DNA of 64,000 nucleotides, from assembly GCA_965222375.1 (NCBI GenBank), contig CBDCTZ010000016.1, positions 608,001 through 672,000 of the forward strand, read 5' to 3'. Positions within the stretch are counted from its first letter, which is position 1, and each line of letters begins with the position of its first letter. The stretch is from Polyangiaceae bacterium. Its GTDB lineage: Bacteria; Myxococcota_A; Polyangia; Polyangiales; Polyangiaceae. The position numbers were made by a program, and so were the translations under genes. The notes below the pieces were generated by a model. The model was not told the DNA's origin, searched no databases, and saw only the letters and a list, made by a program, of their open reading frames with translations. Shown in pieces: positions 28,664 through 38,660 of the stretch.

Positions 28664-29488
28664 GTGCGCTACCTCGCGGAACTGTCTTCTTGCATGGCAG
28701 TTGCCGCGTTGTTGTCAGCCTGTGACAAGACTCCTGCTCCAGCGACTCGCGAAGCACCGAAGGCAAGCGCTAGCGCCAAGTCCTACGATGAGAGTCCACG
28801 ACCCAAAGAGGGTGCCACGGAGACGGTGGTTACTGGCAAGGTCGTAGAGAAGCTCTCGCACCCTAGCTACAGCTACCTCTTGCTCGACACCGGCAACGAG
28901 AAGGTCTGGACCGCCGTTCCCCGTGCCGAAGTCGAACTCGGAAAGACCGTAACCGTCGAGCGCGCCATCTTGATGAGGGGCTTCAAGAGCCCGTCCCTGA
29001 AGCGGAATTTCGATCGGGTCTACTTTGGGGTTCTAAAGGGCCGAGGTGGTCCCGTGGCAGCACCCCATGGAAAAGGTGCTGCCCCCCATGGGTCCAGCGC
29101 TGCGCCGATGCCAACCACGCCGGCTCCGAAGCTTGAGCTCTCGAAGATCAAGCTGCGCAAGGCCGCCGGCCCAACGGCCAAGACGGTCCTCGAGGTCATC
29201 ACGGGGGCGACCAAGCTCGCAGGCAAACAAGTCGCCGTGCGAGGTGTCGTCATCAAGTTCAATTCCGGTATTCTCGGCAAGAACTGGATCCACCTGCAGG
29301 ATGGCACGGGCAAGGCCGAGGACAAGACCAACGACCTCACTGTGACCCTTCCCCTGAGCGAGAAAGCGGCTGTGGGCGAGACGGTCACGGTGCATGGCAA
29401 GCTCCTGACCAACCACGACCTGGGCAGCGGCTACCATTACAAGGCGCTACTGGAAGGCGCCCGTGTGGAACGTGCAGCGAACAAGTAG
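28664..29488 (+). CDS. Lipoprotein with two OB-fold-like domains (NrfJ-related)
   Basis: LSAC lipobox; YSYL..WTAVP; F.S.SL.R.F; GVVIKFNSGILGKNWIHLQDGTG; DLGSGYHY. Confidence 0.7.
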   Translation: MRYLAELSSCMAVAALLSACDKTPAPATREAPKASASAKSYDESPRPKEGATETVVTGKVVEKLSHPSYSYLLLDTGNEKVWTAVPRAEVELGKTVTVERAILMRGFKSPSLKRNFDRVYFGVLKGRGGPVAAPHGKGAAPHGSSAAPMPTTPAPKLELSKIKLRKAAGPTAKTVLEVITGATKLAGKQVAVRGVVIKFNSGILGKNWIHLQDGTGKAEDKTNDLTVTLPLSEKAAVGETVTVHGKLLTNHDLGSGYHYKALLEGARVERAANK

Positions 29489-29524
29489 CTTCGACACCTG
29501 AGCGTTTGCCCCGGTGTCAAATCG

Positions 29525-32242
29525 TTGACGTTGCGGGATCTGCCGGCTTCGCGTTCCATGGACTTGGTGAGCCAGCTCGCTGCACACGTTTGGGCCCTGC
29601 ATCTCGTTTGCGCAGGATTGTACCTGTGTATGGCGGCCTACATCGTGGCTAGGGGGCCGAAAGCTCGCTTGAACTGGACCTGTGCAGCCATCAACGCCTG
29701 CTTCTTCCATTGGAGCTTGTCCCTCGCGGTGTGCCACCACCCGGATACTTCCCTCGAAAGAGCCGAGCTCTTCTACAGCGTTGGAAGCTTCGCTTGGGCC
29801 AGTTTCGCTAGTTTTGCGGCGCTGTTCATTGTCACGTTCCTGAAGTCGAATCTGTCGCGCGCATGGTGGTTCTGGCCTGCGCTGGTCATCCCTCCGGCGT
29901 TGGTCGTCAATGCGCAGTGGTCTGGCTGGGTTGCGGCTGGCTATCCATTGCAGGCCTGGGGGCATGGCTTTGCCTGGAAACACTCGTTTTGGTCCTACTT
30001 CTTCTTCGCCTACTACGCGATCTACATGAGCGCGGGGCTCGGCCTGCTGCTGCGCTCTTCGATGCGCTCGACCCATCCGGTCTTCGGCCGACAAGCGCGC
30101 ATCATCAGTTCCACGGCGTTCATACCCCTGGGCTTGTCCTCCCTGACGGACGTCGTGCTGCCCTACTTCGACATCTATGTCGTGCCAAACATGGCCCCGG
30201 ACTTCACGATCATCTGGGTGGCGGGTTTGGTGTACGCCATCGCCCAATACCGCATGCTCGAGCTGACGCCTTCGGGCGCTGCCGACGAGATCGTCTCGAC
30301 TGTGAACGAAGCGTTGCTCCTGGTCGACCCTCAGGGTCAAATCGCATGGGCGAACGTCGCTGCGCATGATCTGTTCGGGCGCGAAGAGTCCCAACTGCCG
30401 AAAAGCTCCTTGACCTACCTATTCCCTGGTTTGACGCCGGATGCCATGGAGGCCCTCACCAGGCGCAGCGGCGCAAGAATGAGCCTAGTGGCCCGACAGG
30501 GCAGTGGTGATGACGTACACGTACTGCTCTCGGCTTCCAGCATGACGGGCACCACCGGCGAGCCCCTGGGCTCTGTGCTGGCCGCTACGGACATTTCCGA
30601 CCTCAAAGCAGCCGAAGAACGCCTACGCAGCGCTCACGACGACTTGGAGCGCCGGGTCGTCGAGCGAACCGAGGAACTGTCCAGGGCGAACGAACAGATG
30701 GCTCACGAGGTCAGCGAACGCCAGAAGTCCGAAGAGCGCTACCGCCTTCTGATCGAAAGCATGCAGGAGGGCTTGTGGGTCATCGATGAAAAGGACAGAA
30801 CCAGCTTCGTCAATGCGCGCATGACGCAGATCCTCGGCTTCGAAGTGGGAGAGATGTTGGGGCGTGCACCTACGGAGTTCGGGCTCGAGGGAGAGCAATC
30901 GGATTTCGTCGAAGGGCTGGCGCAAGCGCGAGCTGGCGTGCACTCCGGTGCGGACTGGAAGCTCGTGGGTAAAGCCGGCGACCGGATGAGTGCGATCGTT
31001 CAGATCGCGCCGCTGATTGAGGAGGGCGAGTATGCGGGTGCTGTGCTCACCGTCGTGGACATGACCGAACGTGAGCGCCTACAGGCCCGGTTGGTTCATG
31101 CGGACCAAATGGCCAGCCTTGGCCTTCTGGCTGCTGGCGTGGGTCACGAGATCAACAACCCGCTGACCTACCTGCTCGACAACCTCCGAACCCTCGCCGA
31201 ACAGCTTCCCACCTATGAAAAGAGGCTCCCCAAGGACCACGAGTTTGCCGACCTGCTTCAGGCGGTGGAGGAGTCGCGGCTCGGAGCGGAACGCGTTCGC
31301 GACATTGTCTCGGATCTCCGAGCGTTCTCCCGCGTCGACGACGATCAGATGGTCCCCGTCGAGCCCAACAAGGTTCTCTCCACCGCCTTGAGCATGGCGC
31401 AAAACGAAATCCGTTTTCGGGCCAAGCTCGTCAAGGACTACGGTGAGGTTCCCCGGGTGCTCGGCGGCGAAGGCCGATTGTCTCAGGTGTTCCTCAACCT
31501 GCTGGTCAATGCCGCCCATGCCATTGATGAGGATAGCGTCGACGAACAGCAGATCATGGTGCGCACCCGGCGGGTCGGGGACGAGGTTCTGGTCGAAGTT
31601 CGAGATACCGGCTCGGGAATCGAGCCCGACCTGCTCGGGCGTCTGTTCGAGCCTTTCGTGACCACAAAGGAAGTCGGAAAGGGCTTTGGTCTGGGCCTGT
31701 CGATTTGCCACCAAACCGTGGCCGCTTTCGGAGGCCGAATTGAAGTCGAAAGTGAAGTGGGGGTTGGAAGTCTGTTCAAGGTTTGGCTCCCGGTGTATCA
31801 AGCCGAGTTGGAGCGAACGGTTCCCCAAATCGTCAGCCTCGACTTGACGCCCCTGCGAGGTGCTCGCGTACTCGTTGTTGATGATGAGCCGGTATTGCGA
31901 CGGGTGGTGAAGCGGGCCCTGGGTCGGGGCTGCACGGTCATCGATGCCGGGTCCGGAGAGCATGCGAAGCGGATCCTGACTCGTGACCAGAACTTCGCCG
32001 TCGTGTTCTGCGATCTGATGATGCCAGGGATGTCCGGTATGGAGCTGTACGAGTGGCTCGACCGAGTGCACCCGGAGGTCGCGCAGAGGGTCGTCTTCAT
32101 GACCGGGGGCGTGTTCACGCCGCGTGCCCGGGGCCTGCTGGAACGTGCAACCAACTCCGTGCTCCCCAAGCCCTTTGACGCCGACCAAGTGCGTCGCGCC
32201 GCGGTGGACGTGATCTCCGGGAGCCCCTCGCCGGGTTCTTAA
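29525..32242 (+). CDS. Hybrid sensor kinase: 7TM - PAS - PAS - HisKA - HATPase - REC
   Basis: 7 hydrophobic segments; AGVGHEINNPL; QVFLNLLVNA; DTGSG; PFVTTK..GLGL; VVDDE..CDLMMP. Confidence 0.93.
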   Translation: MTLRDLPASRSMDLVSQLAAHVWALHLVCAGLYLCMAAYIVARGPKARLNWTCAAINACFFHWSLSLAVCHHPDTSLERAELFYSVGSFAWASFASFAALFIVTFLKSNLSRAWWFWPALVIPPALVVNAQWSGWVAAGYPLQAWGHGFAWKHSFWSYFFFAYYAIYMSAGLGLLLRSSMRSTHPVFGRQARIISSTAFIPLGLSSLTDVVLPYFDIYVVPNMAPDFTIIWVAGLVYAIAQYRMLELTPSGAADEIVSTVNEALLLVDPQGQIAWANVAAHDLFGREESQLPKSSLTYLFPGLTPDAMEALTRRSGARMSLVARQGSGDDVHVLLSASSMTGTTGEPLGSVLAATDISDLKAAEERLRSAHDDLERRVVERTEELSRANEQMAHEVSERQKSEERYRLLIESMQEGLWVIDEKDRTSFVNARMTQILGFEVGEMLGRAPTEFGLEGEQSDFVEGLAQARAGVHSGADWKLVGKAGDRMSAIVQIAPLIEEGEYAGAVLTVVDMTERERLQARLVHADQMASLGLLAAGVGHEINNPLTYLLDNLRTLAEQLPTYEKRLPKDHEFADLLQAVEESRLGAERVRDIVSDLRAFSRVDDDQMVPVEPNKVLSTALSMAQNEIRFRAKLVKDYGEVPRVLGGEGRLSQVFLNLLVNAAHAIDEDSVDEQQIMVRTRRVGDEVLVEVRDTGSGIEPDLLGRLFEPFVTTKEVGKGFGLGLSICHQTVAAFGGRIEVESEVGVGSLFKVWLPVYQAELERTVPQIVSLDLTPLRGARVLVVDDEPVLRRVVKRALGRGCTVIDAGSGEHAKRILTRDQNFAVVFCDLMMPGMSGMELYEWLDRVHPEVAQRVVFMTGGVFTPRARGLLERATNSVLPKPFDADQVRRAAVDVISGSPSPGS

Positions 32243-32291
32243 TCAAAACGCACCTGCTTGTACTCGCGAGCCTGGTGGTTACCCTTGGGGA

Positions 32292-33446
32292 ATGATCCGC
32301 GTCGTCGAGACCTCAGGTGCGCCGTCAACCCTTGGTGAGCAGCAGGGGCAAGCGTGTTCGGACACGCTGCAACCCATGTACGACGGGCTGCGCGCTCTCC
32401 CTCTCGCGCCGAAGTGGATGCCGGCGGGGCTTCATGGGCTGACCTTGCGAGCCGCAGTGGACGTTGCGGGAGCCTACTACCTGGCCCGTCACCGCAAGCT
32501 GTTGAGCGGCCATGCTGGGGGTCGGTACCTCGCTGCCTTACGCGGCCTTGCCTACGGTTTCGACGCTCGTCCGTCGCGGATCTACGGCTTCAACGCCTTC
32601 GAGATCGAAAGTGCCAATCCGAGCGTGAGCCTCGGTTGTACGGCCTTGGCATTCTCGGCAGATCAAACCGCTGAGGGCGTGCCGTTGTTGGCTTACAACC
32701 ACGACTTCCCACCGTCCTTCGAGCGCTTCCTGATGCTTCGGCGCAGCCATCCCGAGGGCGCAGCGGCGAGCCTGTCGGTCACCTACCCCGCGCTGGTTGG
32801 CGCCATTGCTGGAGTCAACGAACACGGCCTCGCTGCGACCTTGAACCAGGCGTTCGCGACCGATATCGAACGGGGCAAGTCGGCGCTACTGCTGACGATT
32901 CTCGTTCAAGAATGCCTCGACCGTTGCCGCAACGTGGCCGAGGCCGTCGAACTCATCGAACGCACCCCGGTCACCAACGGGGGCTTCCTCACCCTCGTCG
33001 ATAGTGCCGGAGCACGGGTCGTCATGGAATTGTCCGCAACGTTGCGCAAGGCGCGTCGCAGCGGCGACGACGACATCCTCTACGCCTTCAACAAGTACAT
33101 GCTGCCAGCGCTTCAGGTTCGGGAGGTGCCCGTTGGCGCGAAGACCACGGGCATTGGCGCGGGTTACGACATACACGCCACCAACATCTCTCGGGAGCGG
33201 CGCTACAAGGAGATCATCCGAGAGGGGCACGCCTACTCCCAAGACGATATTCGCGCGCTACTCGCGGACCATGATGGCGCAGATGGCGACATGAACACGA
33301 TTTGCTGCCACGGCGACGCGCTCAACATGACCATCCTGAGCGCCATCATCGACCCCCAGGCTCGCGACATTCGACTGATCTTGGGTCGGACCTGCCAGGG
33401 CCGCTACGAGCGATACACGCTCGACAGGCGTCGCGCAGCTGCGTGA
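32292..33446 (+). CDS. C45-family autoproteolytic Ntn acyltransferase/hydrolase
   Basis: G/CT autoprocessing site, NHD, GVNEHGLA. Confidence 0.85.
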   Translation: MIRVVETSGAPSTLGEQQGQACSDTLQPMYDGLRALPLAPKWMPAGLHGLTLRAAVDVAGAYYLARHRKLLSGHAGGRYLAALRGLAYGFDARPSRIYGFNAFEIESANPSVSLGCTALAFSADQTAEGVPLLAYNHDFPPSFERFLMLRRSHPEGAAASLSVTYPALVGAIAGVNEHGLAATLNQAFATDIERGKSALLLTILVQECLDRCRNVAEAVELIERTPVTNGGFLTLVDSAGARVVMELSATLRKARRSGDDDILYAFNKYMLPALQVREVPVGAKTTGIGAGYDIHATNISRERRYKEIIREGHAYSQDDIRALLADHDGADGDMNTICCHGDALNMTILSAIIDPQARDIRLILGRTCQGRYERYTLDRRRAAA

Positions 33447-33525
33447 ACCCGTGAGAAGCAGTTGCGGCGTGGCTTGAATCGAGTCAGTCGGGGAAGGTTG
33501 GCGAGCCTAGCGCGTAGCGTGCCTC

Positions 33526-34161
33526 ATGAGCTTGGTACGTCGTATTCCCTTCACATTGCTATTCGGTTCCACCCTGGTCACGGTCTTGGCCTGCGCGGGC
33601 GGCCCCCGCCCTGAGCCGGCAGTTCCACCCAGCGAACCAGCGCCCCTCCCAGAGCCAGCTTCTGAGGCGGCGCCAGAGCCAACCGCCACCAACGAGCCGA
33701 AAGCAGAACCCGCTCCTGAACCCACCACCGAGGTTGCAGAGACACCCTCCGATGCCGCCGAGGTCAAGAAGCCGATCAGCCTTGCCGACACCCCACCGGG
33801 CGCTGCGCCACCCAAGCCACCCCCCGAAATCGAAGGCAAGCTCGTCGCACGAACGAAGAACGCTGTGCGCGTGAAGCTCGCGGGTCAGCAGCGCCCCGAG
33901 AAAGACCAGAGTCTCAGCTTGCTGCGCTTCTTCAGTGGCAAGGCCGGGGACAAGAGTCCCATCGGCGCTCTCGCGGGAATTTTCGGTGCCAAGGTCGCCG
34001 TCAGCGGCTGGGTCAGCGTTGCGGATGTGCGGGTGACCAAGGTCGACGGTGCGGTCGTTACCCTGGAAATCGAGAAAGAGAAGTCGAAGGTCGTGGTCAA
34101 CGGCAAGCCGACGAACCACTTCACGCCCGGCGCCAAACTCAAACTCACCGCGCGGGATTGA
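33526..34161 (+). CDS. Hypothetical Pro-rich lipoprotein
   Basis: VLAC lipobox; PEP repeats; beta-rich C-terminus. Confidence 0.65.
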   Translation: MSLVRRIPFTLLFGSTLVTVLACAGGPRPEPAVPPSEPAPLPEPASEAAPEPTATNEPKAEPAPEPTTEVAETPSDAAEVKKPISLADTPPGAAPPKPPPEIEGKLVARTKNAVRVKLAGQQRPEKDQSLSLLRFFSGKAGDKSPIGALAGIFGAKVAVSGWVSVADVRVTKVDGAVVTLEIEKEKSKVVVNGKPTNHFTPGAKLKLTARD

Positions 34162-34195
34162 GCCAGTGGGCATACAGCCCCGGCTCACCCCGCTA

Positions 34196-35071
34196 TCACA
34201 TGCCACTGAAGCCGAAACGCCCCGTCGCTGTGTTGCGGACGGCATCGCCGAACTTCCGAATCTCTTCCACTCGTTCGGGCGACAAGGGTCCCGCGAGCAC
34301 GCCAGCCACGTTGCTCTTCAACTCGTCGAAAGATCGCGCGCCGCATAGAGCCACGTCCACTTTGGAGTGCCCAAGCACGAAGCGATAGCACTCGGGGCCG
34401 CTCATGGGGCCGAGGTCACCCACGGGCTTGAGCAATCGACCCCAGCGAGTGGCCGTGTAGGACACGATGCCGGGGCGGTTCTTTTCGTCGAGGCTCGCGA
34501 AGATCTCTCGCTCCGCGCCCCGGTGGGCGGCGTTGTAGCGAATCATCAGTGAATCGAGGCCTAGCTCGTCTACGTAAGCCCGAGCACGCGGTCGATCGTG
34601 ACACGACACGGCGAGCGCCCGCACTTTGCCCTCTTGCTTCAGCTGCTCCATCGCCTGCCAGGTCTTGCCGGTCACGTACCAGTTCGCCTGAACCCAGAAG
34701 AGGTGAAAGACGTCGATGCCATCGACGCCAAAGAGCTTGGCCTGCTTGGCCCAGGCTCGCTTCACGCTTCCTCCAGTGGGAATGGACGCACCAGCCGCGA
34801 TCACTAGGTCGTCCCGGTGGCCGGCCGCCACCAGTCGCTGAATCCCCTGGACCAGCCCTTTCATTCTTGGAGAGACGAAGAAGTAGTTGATGCCGAAATC
34901 GTGGTAGGCTCGCTCCACCGCGTCTGCGTCGACGCCGAAGGAGCCCGCGAGACCCAGGCGTGACACCACAATTCCGGTATTGCCCAGGGTGCGCCTATCG
35001 ATCTGGCGGTCCTTGGGAGGCTCGACAGCGGGCTTGGTTCCGAGGCTTTCAGCTCTGACTGCGGTTGGCAT
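34196..35071 (-). CDS. Aldo/keto reductase-like protein (atypical active site)
   Basis: RTLGNTGIVVSRLGL, LKQEGKVRALAVS, YN; canonical catalytic residues not evident. Confidence 0.8.
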   Translation of the reverse strand: MPTAVRAESLGTKPAVEPPKDRQIDRRTLGNTGIVVSRLGLAGSFGVDADAVERAYHDFGINYFFVSPRMKGLVQGIQRLVAAGHRDDLVIAAGASIPTGGSVKRAWAKQAKLFGVDGIDVFHLFWVQANWYVTGKTWQAMEQLKQEGKVRALAVSCHDRPRARAYVDELGLDSLMIRYNAAHRGAEREIFASLDEKNRPGIVSYTATRWGRLLKPVGDLGPMSGPECYRFVLGHSKVDVALCGARSFDELKSNVAGVLAGPLSPERVEEIRKFGDAVRNTATGRFGFSGM

Positions 35072-35179
35072 CGGCACCAGGTTAATCACGACCTCCGCAG
35101 TGTCGAGGGCAGCGCTGACACTCGTCAGATTCACCGCGCGCACGCGGCGGCGCCGCCAGCTGGTGGACGTTGAATTCAG

Positions 35180-36439
35180 TTATGCCGGAAACGCCTCGAG
35201 CGCCTTCTGGAATCGACTGAGGGTCTCGTCGGCGGTCGACTTGTCGACGAGCAAGCTGGGCTTGAACTGCAGGACTGCCAAGTCGAAGCCGGAGAACATT
35301 GCCCACACCCCATTGTCATACAGCGCCTTGGACATCATCACGCCGCCGACATCCCCCGCGAACTTGAGCCCCATGACCAGGCCCTTGCGCCGCACTTCGA
35401 GGAACTTGTTCGGATACTCCGCCATGAGCCGCTCGAAACCCTGGCCGAAGTAGTCCGACATTGCGCCCACGCGCTGCAGTGTGGTCACGTCGGAGCAAAG
35501 CCCGAGCACCTTGTCCGCAACCCGGCAACCGATCTCGGCTCCCCCGAACGTGGATACGTGCGCGAAGCCATTTTCCGCAAGCCAGCCGCCGTGCTGCTTG
35601 CTGATCACGGTTGCAGAAATCGGATACATGCCACCAGAAAGCCCCTTGGCGGTGACGAGGATGTCCGGTTCGACGTCGTAGTTTTCGATTGCCCACAACG
35701 TGCCGGTGCGTCCCAGGCCGGTCTGCACCTCGTCGGCGATGTAGAGCGCGCCATGTTTTTCGCAGAGCTTCTTCACTCCGGCCAGGTACCCGGCCGCGGG
35801 CATAGGGAAGCCCAGAGTGGCCGGAATCGTCTCCATCAAGACCGCAGCCGTGTCTCCCTTGCGCAGCACGGCGTCCATGGCATCTAGATCATTGAACGTG
35901 ACGTTTTCAGTTTCGCCCTCGCCCCCCCCGCTAAGGAAGAACCGGGCCGCCGCGTCATCGCCGACTGTGCCCGACAGCCCGGTTCGGCCGTGGTAGCCGC
36001 CGTGGATCCCCACGATCTTGCGTCGCTGGGTGACGTGGCGCGCGGTTTTCATTGCGACGTCGATGGCCTCGCCCCCGCCACTGCCGAACACGGTGTAGTG
36101 CAGATCCCCGGGGGTCAGGCGCGCCAGGGTTTGGGCGCAGGCGTTGCGAGCCTCACTTGCGAAGTGGTGGTTGCCGATGTCGAGGGTCTGAACGGCACTC
36201 TCCAGAGTCGCGACGATGTCCGGGTTTCGGTGCCCTAGATTGAAGGTGCCGCCGTTGAGGTGACAATCGATGAGCCGACGACCGTCCAGGGTGTAGATGT
36301 AAGGACCCTTCCGCTCCCCGATGACTAGATCGATACCGACGTTGGTGAAGGTGTCGACCTTTCCAGGGCAGACGAACTCCTTGGCAAGGCGTAGTGCCTC
36401 GGCCTTGCGTGCTTTGGCGTCTCCGGTGTTCGTGCTCAT
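35180..36439 (-). CDS. Class III PLP-dependent aminotransferase (putrescine/acetylornithine aminotransferase-like)
   Basis: GGEAID.A.K, YHGRT, IADEVQTGLGRTG, PDILVTAKGLSGG, HVSTFGG. Confidence 0.92.
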   Translation of the reverse strand: MSTNTGDAKARKAEALRLAKEFVCPGKVDTFTNVGIDLVIGERKGPYIYTLDGRRLIDCHLNGGTFNLGHRNPDIVATLESAVQTLDIGNHHFASEARNACAQTLARLTPGDLHYTVFGSGGGEAIDVAMKTARHVTQRRKIVGIHGGYHGRTGLSGTVGDDAAARFFLSGGGEGETENVTFNDLDAMDAVLRKGDTAAVLMETIPATLGFPMPAAGYLAGVKKLCEKHGALYIADEVQTGLGRTGTLWAIENYDVEPDILVTAKGLSGGMYPISATVISKQHGGWLAENGFAHVSTFGGAEIGCRVADKVLGLCSDVTTLQRVGAMSDYFGQGFERLMAEYPNKFLEVRRKGLVMGLKFAGDVGGVMMSKALYDNGVWAMFSGFDLAVLQFKPSLLVDKSTADETLSRFQKALEAFPA

Positions 36440-36449
36440 GGCGTGTGTT

Positions 36450-37361
36450 CTAGAACTTGTTGCGATCGATCGTCGGTGCAATAAAGTTCGGGTAGGTTGT
36501 CCTCAAGATGGTTCGATAGAAGAAGCGATTGACGCGCATGAGCCGCATCGCCAGCGCGTAGAAGTCAGCGTCTTCGTTGTAGTACTTCTTCACGTCGTCC
36601 AGCGAAACGGGCGTTTCGAGTTTGAACACCTCGTTGGCGACCGGCAAGAGAGGCTCGACCAGATGATCGAGCTTTTCTTTTCTCAAGTTGCCTAGGAAAT
36701 CCAGGGCCTGACCGCGCAGGGTGTAGTAGGACGCCGCGGTTTCGGGGATCTTCTTGTTGAAGTACCCGCGTGCCGGGCGCAGCAAGCCTCCCAATGCGCT
36801 CTGGCTGAGTAGCTGCCAGTTGCACAGCTCGTCCCCGTTGGGCGAGCGCATGAGGGGCGTGCTGATGTCCAGACAGGTCAGCCCATCTTCGAAGAACACC
36901 CAGTTCGAAAGCTGACCGTCTACGGCGAGAGTGGGCGAGACGGCGCTCTTCACCGCGCCCAGTACATCTTGGAATCTCTCTCGGGCGTCTTCCACGCTCA
37001 GGCTGGCAAAGTAGCGTGGGCCAATTCGATCGGGATCGACCATGGGTTGCACCAGGTACAGCACAGTCGCATCGCTGTACGTTGTCAGCTGCACGAATCC
37101 CGTTTCGAGCACGCGCACCCCGCAGCCCTCGAGGGCAGTTACGTACTTCTCGACGAGCGCCCGGTGGTCTTGTGCGTCCTGGGCGGTCCGAAACACCGGG
37201 AACCGCTTGCAGGCGAACGCGCCCTCGTCCGCGTCGAGGCGAAATACCGTCGTGATTTCACCGTAGCCGAGGATGGTCAGATCCCCCGTATCGAGGGAGC
37301 GCAAGGAGCGCTGAACCCGGTCCTCCAGGGATCGCACCGCGCTTTCAGCAGGAAGTTCCAC
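36450..37361 (-). CDS. DUF6206-like protein, possible kinase-like fold
   Basis: LGYGEIT, ACKR, DGQLSNW, LDISTP; family recalled from these motifs. Confidence 0.65.
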   Translation of the reverse strand: MELPAESAVRSLEDRVQRSLRSLDTGDLTILGYGEITTVFRLDADEGAFACKRFPVFRTAQDAQDHRALVEKYVTALEGCGVRVLETGFVQLTTYSDATVLYLVQPMVDPDRIGPRYFASLSVEDARERFQDVLGAVKSAVSPTLAVDGQLSNWVFFEDGLTCLDISTPLMRSPNGDELCNWQLLSQSALGGLLRPARGYFNKKIPETAASYYTLRGQALDFLGNLRKEKLDHLVEPLLPVANEVFKLETPVSLDDVKKYYNEDADFYALAMRLMRVNRFFYRTILRTTYPNFIAPTIDRNKF

Positions 37362-37507
37362 CCACCGCGATTGATCTCAGCCTGCCGCGCGGGCGTAAAT
37401 GCCCGCCGTCACTCGGGATATGTTCAGCGGGCGGCGCTGGAATCGGGTGTCCGCTTTCGAGCACCGCTCGGGGAAGAAACATCCCACCTGGCCGTACATC
37501 GCGGGAC

Positions 37508-38473
37508 ATGAACAGTTCTGGGCCCGTTCTGTCCGTTCTCAGCGCCCTGCTTCTGGGCTGCAGTAGCAGTGGTGTGGGTGGCGGATCCTTGCCGGATGGC
37601 GGTGCTGCAGCGCCTGGTTTCGGGGGTTTTGGCTCCGGGACCGCCCCGGGCACCGGCACCGGCACTGGGGCCACACCCGGCTTTGGCGGCTTCGGCAACT
37701 TCGGTTCGGGTGGCAGCCCCACTGGAACGGGCGGGGTGGCTCCCGGTGATGGCGGCAGCGTGGCCACGGGCGGAGGCGGCGGCGCCCAGACGTGCAGTGG
37801 ATGGCCATCGGGCCCCAGCGGAGTCACCCAGGGAAAGACCTTGCCGTCCCACCTCGCTTGGCAGGGCTATGCCGCCGGGCAGTCGAGTCCGAGTTCCGTG
37901 TCGGTTCAAGATCTCTACGACTGCAACGGCACCCGTGGCATCAACGCCATCTTGTTCATCAGTGCCAGCACGTCGTGCGGGATCTGCAAATCCGAGGCGA
38001 GCAAGCTCGAGTCGAAGATGCAGTACTGGAAGACGCTTGGCATTCAGGTCGTGACCCTGATGCTCAGCCCGAAGAGCATCGAAGCGGCCAAGTCTTGGAA
38101 GGACGCCTACGGCTTGCATTCTTCGGCAGTTGTGTCGGATCCGAACTACTCCATGGCCTACACCACGACCGTGGGCACGCCCCTGCACACCGTGGTCAAT
38201 CCGCGCAACATGCAAGTCGTGATGACTCAGATGGGTGGCGGTAGCGGCTCCTACACCGCCCTGGAAACGCTGGCTCAGCAGAACAAGCAAGGCGGCGGCG
38301 GTACCGGTGGTAGCCCGGGCACGGGCGGCTCGACCGGAACCGGTGGTTCCACCGGCGGCCTCAGTTGTGTCGGCTACTGCGGCACCGATACCCAGGTGGG
38401 TGGCTCCTGCTACTGCGACAGCCAGTGCATCCAATATGGTGACTGCTGCCCCGACTACGGGCAGATTTGCTGA
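37508..38473 (+). CDS. Lipoprotein: thioredoxin-like domain + somatomedin-B-like Cys knot
   Basis: LLGC lipobox; SCGIC; TP cis-Pro motif; SCVGYCG..CYCDSQCIQYGDCCPDY. Confidence 0.75.
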   Translation: MNSSGPVLSVLSALLLGCSSSGVGGGSLPDGGAAAPGFGGFGSGTAPGTGTGTGATPGFGGFGNFGSGGSPTGTGGVAPGDGGSVATGGGGGAQTCSGWPSGPSGVTQGKTLPSHLAWQGYAAGQSSPSSVSVQDLYDCNGTRGINAILFISASTSCGICKSEASKLESKMQYWKTLGIQVVTLMLSPKSIEAAKSWKDAYGLHSSAVVSDPNYSMAYTTTVGTPLHTVVNPRNMQVVMTQMGGGSGSYTALETLAQQNKQGGGGTGGSPGTGGSTGTGGSTGGLSCVGYCGTDTQVGGSCYCDSQCIQYGDCCPDYGQIC

Positions 38474-38607
38474 GCCCTCAGCGGCCCTCTCCAGCCAATC
38501 AGAGCCGTCGGGGCGTTCCGCCCGCGCAACTACGCGCTGCCAACCGCGGTTTTGCAGGCAAGCCCGGCGCGGCAGTCGACTGCGCTAGTTTTCCAGGCAA
38601 AATGTCG

Positions 38608-38623
38608 AGGCACAGCGCTTGCT
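38608..38623 (+). promoter_or_regulatory. Putative sigma54 promoter
   Basis: AGGCACAGCGCTTGCT (GG-N10-GC, TTGCT). Confidence 0.65.
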
Positions 38624-38660
38624 TTTACAAGGCGCGGCGCCAGCCACGGACGACAACGAA

